DNA from: Octopus vulgaris | Lineage: Eukaryota | Assembly: GCA_951406725.2 (NCBI GenBank) | Contig: OX597814.1 | Coordinates: 169,218,001-169,280,000, forward strand | Direction: 5' to 3' | Length of the DNA stretch: 62,000 nt | In this document: piece by piece, positions 50,583 through 62,000 of the stretch | How the letters are laid out: each line of letters starts with the position of its first letter | Position numbering within the stretch: position 1 is the first letter of the stretch | Notes under the pieces: model-generated | Seen by the model: only the letters and a program-made list of their open reading frames with translations | What the model was told of the DNA's origin: nothing | The model's database searches: none | Position numbers and translations under genes: made by a program

Positions 50583-50915
50583 TAAAACTTAGGGTATCTA
50601 CAAGACACTGTCATGCTGAAAATAGCAGCCAGGATCTGACTCTAAAATCACATTAAGTGTTCATATAGCACAAAGAGAGAAGACAAAAAGACAAAATAAA
50701 AGTAGTAAAAAATTAATGGATAATTCCAGATCTTGGATTTCTGACTTTGCATTTAGAAATGCTTTTTTTACTAGTAATTTTTTATTAGATTTATTTAGTC
50801 TTTTTGTCTTCTCTCTTTGTACTATATGAACACTTAATGTGGTTTTAGAGTCAGATCCTGACTGCTATTTTCAGCATGGTGGTATCTCGTAGATACCCTA
50901 AATTATAATTTTAAT
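50574..50915. repeat. Palindrome E: ~126-bp arms, ~90-bp spacer
   Basis: 50574-50700 versus 50790-50915, about 90% identical by eye. Confidence 0.85.
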
Positions 50916-51064
50916 AATAATTATTACCTTTGAAGGTTTTTATTTCCATGCTGGCTACTTGATAAGATCATTATTTAACTTAAATTAACGATCTTAGAAA
51001 ATAGGTTTCAAAGAAGAAAGACCACACGTAGTATAAATAGGGGAAAAGTAAAAAGGATGCAAAG

Positions 51065-51392
51065 AAAATGCACATTAGGTACAAAAAAATAAAGGCATTT
51101 TTAAGAAAAGCAAAGATATATGCATACTATTAGATGATTTGAAGTGGAATTTTGAAATATAAAAATCATAATTATGAATCGTTATAAAGATTCAAAGTCA
51201 TATCTGTCATATCTTTCATTTGAAAGTCAGTGATCAGCTCTGACGATACCAAAATGACTTTGAATCTCTATAATGATTCATAATAAGGATTTTTATACTT
51301 CATAATTCCACCTCAAATCATCTAATTGTATGTATATATATCTTTGCTTTTCTTAAAAAAGGCCTTTATTTTTTATATCTAATGTGCATTTT
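51065..51392. repeat. Palindrome F: ~137-bp arms, 52-bp spacer
   Basis: 51065-51201 versus 51254-51392, more diverged than B-E. Confidence 0.85.
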
Positions 51393-51485
51393 TTGTTTTA
51401 TTTTTATTTTTCCCCTACATATATATAATATAAACCATTGGTCACTCATTGGCTGGACATAAACTTAATTACTTATATATATATA

Positions 51486-51810
51486 TGATCATGGTGATAT
51501 ATATATATATCACTGTGATCACCGTGACCGACCAGGCTATCAGATGTTGCTACACATCGCTGGTCACAATGCGCTTCGCATTGTTTTAGCCTACAAATGA
51601 CGCCACCCTGCTGGCTAAGTGAGAAGGCCAACAGAAGAAAGAGCGAGGGAAAGTTGCGGCGAAAGAGTACAGCAGGGATTGCCACCCCACCCCCTGCCGG
51701 AGCCTCGTGGATCTTTAGGTGTTTTCGCTCAATAAACACTCACACTGCCTGGTCTGGGAATCGAAACCGCGAGTCCGCTGCCCTAATTGCTGGGCCATTG
51801 CACTTCCACA
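51486..51810 (-). mobile_element. SINE with V-like-family head and tail X
   Basis: Head shared with 23860 and 31691 (gagcgaaaacacctaaag.tccacg.ggctccggcag); tail shared with 22340-22455. Confidence 0.75.
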
Positions 51811-52406
51811 AGCAGTAAAGGGTACAAGAATCCGGGCATTTCTAGGAAAGTTCTTCATTAGAGAGAGAATAATTTTTTTATGTTAATGGTGCTACTAAGA
51901 ACACAAGAATGATGCTCTCTTAATTGTTTCTAATTTTTCACCTCCTTGCTTAGCATGGCTTAGAATAAGTTTTCATAGCTTCTTTTGTAATTTTAATTTA
52001 TCCATCACATTTGAAAAGGAATAAAATCTATCTGTCACAAGGGGTGTGGTGTTTCATGGGAAAGGTGTTGAAAAGGACATTCATCATTGATAAGGACCAA
52101 AGCTGTGACAGATGAACTTTGACAAACTAATTAATCAATTAGTTAATTAGCAATTATTTAATTAATTGATAATAAAGCTGAAATAAAATACAACTAATGA
52201 ATGCATTTTAATTGATAGCTTAACCTCCACCATAAAGTGCAACAATATTCGTTTCAGTGCTGGAATTCACATTCAGAATCTTCTAAAATAGATAATCGTT
52301 ATTGGCCCAACCATACAGAAAATATATTCCTTAATACTATCTTTGCAATAAATGTTTTCTGCTATAATTGCTGAAATAACTGAAATAATATTTTTTTGAA
52401 TAATGA

Positions 52407-52467
<61 letters not shown>

Positions 52468-52519
52468 GTGTGTGTATATATATATATATATATACATATA
52501 TACATATTCCGTGATTGTT

Positions 52520-52860
52520 ACCTACATCACCTCACTGGCACTTGTGCTGGTGGCACGTGAAAAAACATTCAAATGAGGTCGTTGCCAGTGCCGCTGGACT
52601 GGCTCCTGTGCAGGTGGCACATAAAAAGCACTATTTGACCGTGGCCACTGCCAGTACTGCCTGACTGGCCCTCATGCCGTGCCGGTGGCACGTAAAAGCA
52701 CCCACTACACTCTCGGAGTGGTTGGTGTTAGGAAGGGCATCCAGCCGTAGGAACTCTGCCAGATCAGATTGGAGTCTAGTGCAGCCATCTGGTTTGCCAG
52801 GCTTCAGTCAAATCATCCAACCCATGCTAGTATGGAAAACAGACGTTAAACAATGATGAT
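52520..52860 (+). mobile_element. SINE-like S2
   Basis: S2 motifs and (GAT)n tail. Confidence 0.8.
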
Positions 52861-54378
52861 GATATATATATATATATATATATATATAGGCGAGTTAAAT
52901 TAGAGGTTATAAAAACCGTCTAAGGGATACTTGTATCCAATGAATTAACTGGTGTTTTACCTAAAGGTTTTCAGAGGGATAGCATGTAACATATTGGAAT
53001 ATCCTTACTTTTTTTCTTTCTTTTTCTTTACTTTTCTGCTCTGATGAACTTCCACTATTTAAGTTGGCTTAATTAATTATTTACAATAATAATAATTATT
53101 ATTATTGTAGTAATTAGGCCTGATTATGCCCTAAATAGCCTCAACAAAAACAGCTGTTAGATGAGATAATGTGTCTTTTTTATAATCAATAAATAATAAT
53201 TGATGTTTGTCAATTATCAATTTTATCTCCACTTTCTTATTTTCCTTATGTGTGTGTATGTGTGTGTATTACTTATTTAGGACTAAATCAGCAAATGTGG
53301 ATAATTTGAAGGAATTTAGGTACTAGTTCTTGCAGATCAGGTGATCATATAAAAGCTTTTCCATTGGCTTCTATGAATTACACCCACCATTTTAAAAAGG
53401 TAGGAAGGACATCTTGGATATTGTCGTGCCAGTAGATACACTGTATTTGAAATTAAAAAGATTGGAAAATTATACCTGAAAAATCTTTAATCATTGGACA
53501 ATATAATGATAGATGGAAAGTCTTTTACCATTCTTTCATACTGTGTTCAGTGCCTGCAAGGAGTCTTTACACTGTTATTTGATATTCAAGAAATAACTAC
53601 CAAATCTCTCTTCAACCAGAAAGCTGAAGTTGTATCTTATTGGCACACTGGTTTTCTCCCCATTTTCTTAGTGCCGTTGTAGTAACCAACTGCAAAGGCA
53701 GCATGACTTCCAGTGTCTGAACACTGGATTAGGAAATTATAAACTGCCTCAAGAAAGCCATGTGTAACCTTTGGAAGACACACAAAAATTTTTTTCAAGT
53801 AACTATTTCTCCCTCCATTCCAAGATCCTTGTCTATCAGACAAGTCTATGCTTCTATTTCTTTGTATTGGTGCAAAACACGAATCATACTCTACAGCTGG
53901 ATGCCCTTCATAATACTAGTGCTATACAGTGTGTACTAGGTGCTGTTTTTCATGCCTCTGGCACTAGCATGGTGAACAAGTAACTTGCAAGAGAGGAAGA
54001 GAACAAAGGAAAAGAAAAGCCCACTTTACAAAGTGATTGACTATTTGAGAAAGGGGAGGTAGCTTTATGCAAAGTATTGGGAGGTAAAAGTATGAGAGAT
54101 GGACGAGCATGCATATCTTACTCTAGAGGAGATGCGTGACGACTCCACATTATATAAAGGTGGGTAAGAGGAGCTGTGAAGAAGTAATGATGGGGTGCTG
54201 GAAAAAAAAAAAAAACTTTAAGGAGCAAGGAAAGTGAAGCTTCTTGAAGTATAACTTTCAGTCGCACATTACTGATTATTCAAATGATTGAATAAATTAA
54301 ATGGTATTTTGAAATTAAGAAACTCAAGAGCTATAATTCAAGAAGGTTCAGCTTATACATGTGTGTGCACACACGTGT

Positions 54379-54418
<40 letters not shown>

Positions 54419-54754
54419 TCATGCGTGTGTGTATGTGCGTTCATGTGTGTGTGTGTATGTAAATACACACACACGTACAGACAGACAGATACACACACAC
54501 TGATATATATATATATATATATATATGTAATCTTTTATCACAGCATATTCCATAATGGATTCACAGCATCATGCATAATGAACAGCATAATTAATCACCA
54601 CTGCTGCTGTTCTTGCTTATGTTCAATATATTGATCTTCCCTAGTGGTTTGCTATTATTCCTGGTGAACAAACTTACGAACTATCTATCTACCTTGTGTG
54701 CATGTCTCTCTGTTTGTTGGTTTACCTGCCTCTCTGTATGTCTGTCCATTCATC

Positions 54755-54755
54755 C

Positions 54756-54845
<90 letters not shown>

Positions 54846-54857
54846 TTATCTATCTAC

Positions 54858-54914
<57 letters not shown>

Positions 54915-54916
54915 CA

Positions 54917-54947
<31 letters not shown>

Positions 54948-54948
54948 C
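54755..54948. repeat. (TCTA)n microsatellite
   Basis: Direct reading. Confidence 0.95.
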
Positions 54949-55098
54949 TGGACAGACAGACGCAAGTCAAATGGGCTCCAAGTAAGTTGGTCATTTTGTA
55001 CGTTCAAAAGTGTTTATTGTTAAATATTTTGTGTTTAAAAGTTGTGCAACAACATCCACTGCAAACCTTGACTAATATCTACACAAAATTTCGCAAAA

Positions 55099-57128
55099 AT
55101 GGCTACTGGTCACCACGAGGCTGAGGCGCAACTGAAGCGTGACGCCAAAACAAAAAAGCAAGATTTCCTGTCACCATGCGCTGAACTTGACTGTGTAAAC
55201 ACTACTTACTCCAACACCACCACCATCAGCATCGACAACAGCAACAAATACAAAACAAAGGTCGTAAGACCAAGCACCGTCACCGCCACCAGTGATTCCA
55301 CCATCAACACCAACACCACCACCATGGCAGCATCTGCTACTACAACTGCTATCTCTGCTAACGACACCACTACCAGCAACAATAACAATACCAACATCAC
55401 CATCACCGCCACCAAAGACCGTGCCGTCAATGCCTCCCTTGCTACTAATACCTATTTCTTTATTACCCACAAGGGGCTAAACATAGAGGGGACAAGCAAG
55501 GACAGGCATAGGTATTAAGTCGATTACATCGACCCCAGTGCATAACTGGTACTTAATTTATCGACCCCGAAAGGATGAAAGGCAAAGTCAACCTCGGCGG
55601 AATTTGAACTCACAACGTAACGACAGACCTAATACCACCGCCGTCACCAAGAACGACAATAACAACAACAACAATTCCCTTCAGCCACTGTTCACTCCAT
55701 CACCAACAAGTGAAGGTGAGAAAAAAATAACAGCGACAATCAAACGAGGTGCCGAAATTTGCGCTAATGCAGGACCAAATTACGCAGACAATTTTCCACC
55801 CCTTGCCAGTTGCATAATCAGCAACCACAAACCTAATATACCCACAACCCACACCCCTGCCACCAACACCAACACCACCGGCAGTAACAACAATAACAAA
55901 ACAACAACAAACTTCGCCGAGGCGATAAAAGAAAAAATAACAAGAGTACCGTTTACTGCACAGCAAATAAAAGACTGCAGAGCCCTAATCACCAAAGAAA
56001 ACGGCAAAATACAATTACACATACCACAACACATACTGAATGAGGAAAAAAAGAGAACAATTGTATATAAAATAACAAACAACACAACTAAAAGTCCAGA
56101 AAAAGCAAGCACGGACAAAATAGAAAAGTGCCTACGCCCCATCTGGGGACACAAGGAGTATGTGACTTGGTCGAACAAGTTCGCCCACGTACAGGTGGTT
56201 TTTTCAGAATGAAGAGTTGGCAAAGCAATTCCCAACGCTAACTCTTCATTCAGATGAGCTAACAATGACACCCAGTTACCTTGGCCAGAAGGTGACAAAG
56301 GTCATTATCAATAATGTCCCGCAAATAACAACCACACTATGGATAACATCCGCCATAACATCCGAAATGGAGGACATTAACATCCTGGATATCACTGTTT
56401 CGAAACACAAGGACTGGGTGGGAAAGAGAATGGAGATTCTCTTCCACATAAGCCAAGACGACATTAACAAAATTCCCACCCACGTACATCTTGCGAATGA
56501 CCGCAAGTTGTATGTAGTAGTCGAGGGCAGAAGGCCACGCTGCTATACATGTGGCAGTGAGGCACACCTCAAAAAGGAGTGCAAATCTGCCGCGAAACAA
56601 CAACAACAACAGCCACAGGAAAAACCACAAAAGCCAGCATTATTGTCCACACCACAATATGGACGGCTAATCAAGAAGCTGTATGCAGAAATGCATGAAA
56701 AACAACAAAGAACGGACCAACCCAACCAAACAACACCACCACCTGCGCCAAGAACAGAATCATCACCACTAACAACAACTAAACCAATTCCAACACCGAG
56801 AACAACAACGAAGAAGACAAGCACCAAGGATGTAGGAGAGAAATCACCACACCAAACCCCCCAGCAACACACCCCACACCACAACAATATCTACAACCGC
56901 ACAAACAGACCCAGATGCTTTACCCTTACCCCCGGCTAATTCGTCAGGCTTTTCATCTAACGATGAAAGTTCGACAGAATGGCAAATAGCCACCGGGGGT
57001 AAAAGAAAAGATTAAAAAAAAAACAAACAAGAAAACGCAACCAAAGCAGGGAGATACCTGAACCCTGAAAGCTCCATACACAACCAAACAGGAACGAGGA
57101 AGCCAAAACTTTCGACACAAGTAAGTAA
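55099..57128 (+). pseudogene. ORF1 (gag-like) of LINE copy 1, disrupted
   Basis: MATGHH start; SINE insertion; +1 frameshift in the T run at 56199-56204; RCYTCGSEAHLKKEC zinc knuckle. Confidence 0.8.
55453..55628 (-). mobile_element. 5'-truncated SINE S3 in ORF1, 8-bp TSD
   Basis: ctaatacc at 55445-55452 and 55629-55636. Confidence 0.9.
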
Positions 57129-57173
57129 CTCTCTGTACTTTCCTTTCTGTGTTTTAAAGCACACAATAGAATC

Positions 57174-58216
57174 ATGGTCAAGATTGGTTGTGTGAATGCG
57201 CGTGGCTTGGGGTCTCCTTGGAAACAAGGATACCTCCTAAATGACATGAAGTCACACGATTTGGGAATCAGCCATAAGTGAGACCAGACTCCACGAGCCA
57301 CGGGCCCTAAAGTCCATGTTTGGCGGACAGTTTAACATTTATTTTGCTCCCTGTCTGCCGAGGATGGGCGGTAGTGGCACCGCGGTACTTTTTCACTAGA
57401 GCCTGGATCTCGAAGTCAAGAAGATATTCGTAGACCCGGAGGGTAGACTGGTCGTTCTGGATGTCAACGGTAGCAGTGGGTGTGCTTTTCGACTCGTATC
57501 AGTCTACGCACCGCCTTTAACAGGTCGGCCGGATTTCTTTCAACGTCTAGAAGTATTCCTGGGAACGTCTCGTCCTTTACTTTTAGTGGGGGATTGGAAT
57601 GCTACCTTGGACACGCATCTAGACTATGTGGTGAGAGACAAAAACAGAAGGGGATGCAAATGCTTCAGAGACCTGCTCAGACAATTCCAACTGTCTGACA
57701 GGTACCGACTCGACCACCCAAATGCACCAACGTGGACATGGAGTAACCGCAGTGGGTCGTCGAGATCGTATCTAGATAGGATACTGTGTAGGACAGTAGA
57801 CAAGGATAACTTAGGATGTCCACAATTCCACACAGTCAGCTACACAGATCACAAATTCGTGACATGTACGCTAGACTTAGATAAGGCACATAGACAGGGT
57901 CCTGGTTACTGGAAACTGAACGTATCATTCCCGTCCAGACAAGATTTCAGAGACAGAATCAACACGTTTGTAAAAAGGGCTTTAACGGGAGCCATTGTCA
58001 ACAACAAATGGTGGTTCGCCCTCAAGAGAGCAGTAAAAGCGGAAGCAATTAGATATAGCAAGGCGCTAGCCGTAGATAGAAATAGAGTATCACTTGAAGA
58101 GGAAAGTGAGAGTAGAGAGGTAAGTTTTGTCTAGTGAATGTTTTAAAAAAAGATGGGTGAATGTAGCAAGGATGGCGCGTATGAATGACGAAGCCACCTT
58201 GACTATGATTCTATGA
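57174..58216 (+). pseudogene. ORF2 of LINE copy 1: APE endonuclease fused to extreme C-terminus
   Basis: MVKIGCVNARGLGSPWKQ...GDWNATLD...SYLDRILC...TDHKFV...PGYWKLN; after 58090 HLKRKVRVER*VLSSECFKKRW...MIL*. Confidence 0.85.
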
Positions 58217-58587
58217 ACCGTAAAAATTAATACAGAGAGTTGCTTATTTGCAAAAAAAAAAATAAAAGAAAGTAATATAACATGTGACTTCATTGACCGA
58301 GGTTACCGTGGTCTTTTCCGTAGGCTTTTCTTTCCACGGGTAAACCTCACCTGTCCTCCCCTTTGCACTTCATATTGACATTTCTGTGATAACGATCCCT
58401 ATTGATCAATTCCCCCCCTTTTTTTTTAAATTTTATTTTATCTCCCCCTTTTTTTGTCCTCTTTCTTTCCATTTACGATCTCTTTTGATCGAAAATCAAA
58501 CCCCCTTCTTTTACTCCCAAAAGAAAAGCTCTACCTTGTAATTTTGTTCTGTCTGTGTGCAGCCCTGTGTGGCTAATAAAGAAACAT

Positions 58588-58614
58588 ATCTATCTATCTA
58601 CATATGTATGTATG

Positions 58615-58665
<51 letters not shown>

Positions 58666-58678
58666 ATCTACCTATCTC
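58588..58678. repeat. (TCTA)n microsatellite between the two LINEs
   Basis: Direct reading. Confidence 0.95.
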
Positions 58679-58897
58679 GACATGGACGGACGCTAGTAAA
58701 ATCGGCTCCACGTAAGTTGGCCACTTTTACATGTTTAAAACTCCTTGTTGTCAAATATTTTGTTTTAATCGTTGTGCAAGTTAATTCACTAAAAAAACTG
58801 AGAATTATTCACGTAGAATTCCGCCCCTGTATGGGCGAAATTACCAAAAACTTTCAAAACTTTCGTGGGTTCCTTTTAGCCATTTTTCATTTTGAAA

Positions 58898-60807
58898 ATG
58901 GCAACTAGAAACCACGTGGCTAGCCCGCCAGCCATGCGGAACGGTAGCGAAACACTATTGCTACCACTAGCTGCTAAACCTCGCAGCTTGAACACCGCTG
59001 TCACCACCACCAACCAACAACAACAACAAAACTAACGTCGCAAGACCATTCACCATCGCCGCGACCAAAGACATTAACTTAGATTTCCCCCCACTCCCTA
59101 CACTACTTGTCGATGATAAAAGGATGGAGAAAGGGATTTCAAAGACGAATACAGACGAAAACATGAATGCCAGCACCACCACCACACCACCAACAACAAC
59201 AACAACGAAATCAACACAAAGCCGCCTACCAAAGACAACACCGCCAACACCAACACCACTACCATGACTTCAACTGCTACAACTAACCCTTCTGCTGCTA
59301 ACACCGCTAAAATTAAAACGAATTTCGCGGATGCGACAAAATAAAAACGAACAATCGTAAAATTCACCACACAGGAAATAAACCTCACAAAAGCACTCTT
59401 CACCAAAGAAGGAGATAAATTGCATCTTCACATTCCACAGCACATCGTGGAAAACACACAAAAAATACAATAATCTACAAAGTAATAAACAAGAAAACAA
59501 GACGACCAGAAAATGCACCGCAGGAAAAAATTGAAAAATGCCTTCGTCCTGCATGGGACTCCAAGGAGTATATCAGTTGGGGAAATAAATTTGGTACAGT
59601 CCAAGTACGTTTCCTCAACGAAAATTTAGCAAAACGATTTTCCACATTGGAGCTGCATTCAGACGACTTGGTAATGATACCAATCTATTTAAACCAGAGA
59701 GTGACGAAAGTCCAAATAAAAAATGTACCCCCTGAAGTCGAAACACAATGGTTAGTCTCTGCCATCTGCTTTGAAATGGCAGAGACAAACATCCTTGAAA
59801 TCGCTGTTCTAGGACAGAAAGACTATGTGGGAAAATCAATCCAATTCCTTCTTCAATTGGATGAAACAGCAAGAGAAAAAATACCCACACTATAGAACTG
59901 CCAGGAGGCTACAAACTTTATGTAGTGGTAGAGGGCAGGCGACCACGTTGCTATTTGTGTGGAAGCGAAACACACTTGAAAAAGACGTGCCCAACCACTG
60001 CACACCAAGAGCAACAACAACAACCACTACCACAACCAAAACACTCCGGAAAAAAGCTCTACTACCCACACCACCATCAACACAGAAGACGACAAGAGAA
60101 GCACACCAAGCTAATCCGTCAACAACCAAAAATTACTCAACACCTGAGAAAATACCAACACCACCAACAACAGCAAGAACCAAAGGAACAGAAAAACAAA
60201 GAAAATACACAAAAACTGATTCCCCATCCCTTATACCGCACTCACCACACACAAACACTCAACAAACAACAGCACAACCACTTACACAGACATACATAGA
60301 AGCCTACAACATACCCCTACCCACTACTGATTCCTCAGAAAATTCGTCGGAAGACGAAACCAGTGAGGAATGGCAAATAGCTAGAAAAAGAAGGAAAATA
60401 AAGATCAGAAACACAACCAAACCAAATGCAAACACTAACAAAGCAGGGGGAAATACATCTCCCGAAGACATTTCAAAACCCAACACAAACAACAGCCACA
60501 CCAACACCACAAAAATATATACAGCAAACATGCTCACAGCTATAGACACCAAAAACACAAATTTGATGGAATACATCCAAAAAAAACAAACATAACAGAA
60601 GATGACATAAAAGCAAACAATCACCCATACACAACACCACCAGACCACATCAAAATATTACACATCTCCAAAAGTCTGCACCACACACTCAAAGGCATTT
60701 TCCCCAGTGCGGTTGGTAAATGCCAAAAATATCTCACAAAGAAACTGTACTGGGATCTCCTCGAGGACAAACCAAAGGAGGAGAAAGCAAAACCTTTCGA
60801 GCAGTAA
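58898..60807 (+). pseudogene. ORF1 of LINE copy 2, frameshifted
   Basis: MATRNH start; homologous blocks (LHIPQHI, VEGRRPRCYLCGSETHLKKTC); several stops and frameshifts. Confidence 0.8.
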
Positions 60808-60851
60808 GTAACCCTCTGTTCCTTTCACTTGTATTCTAATTCATTAGGATT

Positions 60852-62000
60852 ATGATCAAGATTGGTTGTGTAAATGCGCGTGGCTTGGGGTCCCCTTGGA
60901 AACAAGGGTACCTCTTAAATGACATAAAGTCACATAAGTTAGAAATCATAGCCATAAGTGAGACCAGACTCCACAATCCACGGGCCCTAAAGACCATGTT
61001 TGGCGGACAGTTCAACATTTATTTTCCCCCTGTCTGCCGAGAATGGGCGGTAGTGGCACCGCGGTACTTTTTCGCAAGAGTCTGGATCTCAAAGTAAAGA
61101 CAATATTCATAGACAATATCCAGGACGACCAGTCTACCCTCCGGAGGGTAGACTGGATGTCGACAGCAGCAATGGGTGCATTTTCGACTCGTATCAGTCT
61201 ATGCACCGCCCTTAACAGGTCAGGCAGATTTCTTTCAACGTCTAGAAATATTCTTGGGAACATCTCGTCCTTTACTCTTAGTGGGGGATTGGAATGCTAC
61301 CTTGGACACGCATGTAGACTACGTGGGTAGAGATAGGAATAGACGGGGATGCAAATGCCTCAGAGACCTGCTCAGACGCTTTCAACTGTCTGACAGGTTC
61401 CGACTAGACCACCTGAATGCGCCAACGTGGACATGGAGCAACCGCATTGGGTCGTCGAGATTGTATCTAGATAGGATACTGTGTAGGACAGTAGATAGAG
61501 ATAGCATAGGATGTCCACAATTCCACATAGTCAGCTGCACGGATCACAAACTTGTGACATGTACGCTAGACTTAGATAAGACACTTAGGCAGGGTTCCGG
61601 ATACTGGAAACTAAACGCGTCTTTCCCATCGAGACAGGTTTTCAGAGACCGGATTAGCACACTAATAAAGAGGGCTTTGAGGGGAGCCATTGTCAACAAC
61701 AAATGGTGGTTTGCCCTCAAGAGAGCAGTAAACGCAGAAGCAATTAGGTACAGCAAAGCACTAGCCATAGATAGAAATAGAGTAGAGGGTGAGCTAGTTA
61801 AGAAGCTAGAAGAGGCAATTAGAAGCGGCATCACATTCGACGTTTTGGTGGCGAGGTTTGCCCTCGACCAACACTTCAACGCCAAACACGAAGGGTGTGC
61901 TGTCAGGGCTAGGATGCGTGCTCTAAGGAACGAAGGTGTTGGAGCCGCGAGAGAGGCCCGGGTGGCAGAGGCGCAACAGGGCAACAAAGCCACCATTCGG
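60852..62000 (+). pseudogene. ORF2 (APE endonuclease and linker) of LINE copy 2, partial
   Basis: MIKIGCVNARGLG...AISETRL...GDWNATLD...YLDRILC...TDHKLV...GYWKLN...RARMR; frameshifts in the 5' part, open from about 61280 to the window end. Confidence 0.85.

Larger units (their letters stand above)
54950..58587 (+). mobile_element. L1/Tx1-clade LINE copy 1 (5'-complete, RT deleted)
   Basis: 5' UTR, ORF1 with CCHC knuckle, APE endonuclease, jump to ORF2 C-terminus, 3' UTR with AATAAA at 58575. Confidence 0.85.
58679..62000 (+). mobile_element. L1/Tx1-clade LINE copy 2 (diverged relative, runs off the window)
   Basis: 5' UTR homologous to copy 1, ORF1 with CCHC knuckle, ORF2 endonuclease and linker. 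Confidence 0.85.

Noticed and set aside
52225-52282. Candidate 58-nt host exon on the minus strand (KILNVNSSTETNIVALYGG) with ttttag/gttaag boundaries
   Set aside because: No recognisable homology and no compatible neighbouring exon; such signals arise by chance. Spliced RNA reads would be needed.
53494-53843. Non-repetitive ORFs or possible exon
   Set aside because: All frames stop early and none matches a family I recognise.
58081-58100. RT deletion in LINE copy 1 as a splicing product
   Set aside because: The junction does not fall at a GT donor in the aligned copy 2 sequence.

Overview
Gene-poor, AT-rich, microsatellite-dense eukaryotic DNA, almost entirely mobile-element debris. The SINE repertoire and repeat density suggest an octopus/coleoid cephalopod (inference). 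I found no host protein-coding gene, intact tRNA/rRNA gene or CRISPR array that I can support. Recognisable content: several tRNA-headed SINE families (working labels S1-S4 and V-like), fossil RTE, R4/Dong-type and CR1/Jockey-like LINE fragments, hAT, mariner and maT (DD37D) remnants, Tc2-like and piggyBac-like MITEs, a 28S rRNA fragment and a 36-bp minisatellite. Two features stand out. (1) Unrelated non-coding long palindromes (arms 123-326 bp, about 97-100% identical by eye) sit in (TA)n tracts. Each carries a pair of divergent type I hammerhead ribozyme motifs with palindromic stem III, and further solo hammerheads are scattered through the window; these look like Penelope-like terminal-repeat derivatives. 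(2) Two tandem L1/Tx1-clade LINEs at 54950-62000 have all three visible ends abutting (TCTA)n. They share conserved GTAAGT splice-donor motifs, and their 3' tail resembles the tail of the S3 SINE. All alignments and folds were done by eye.
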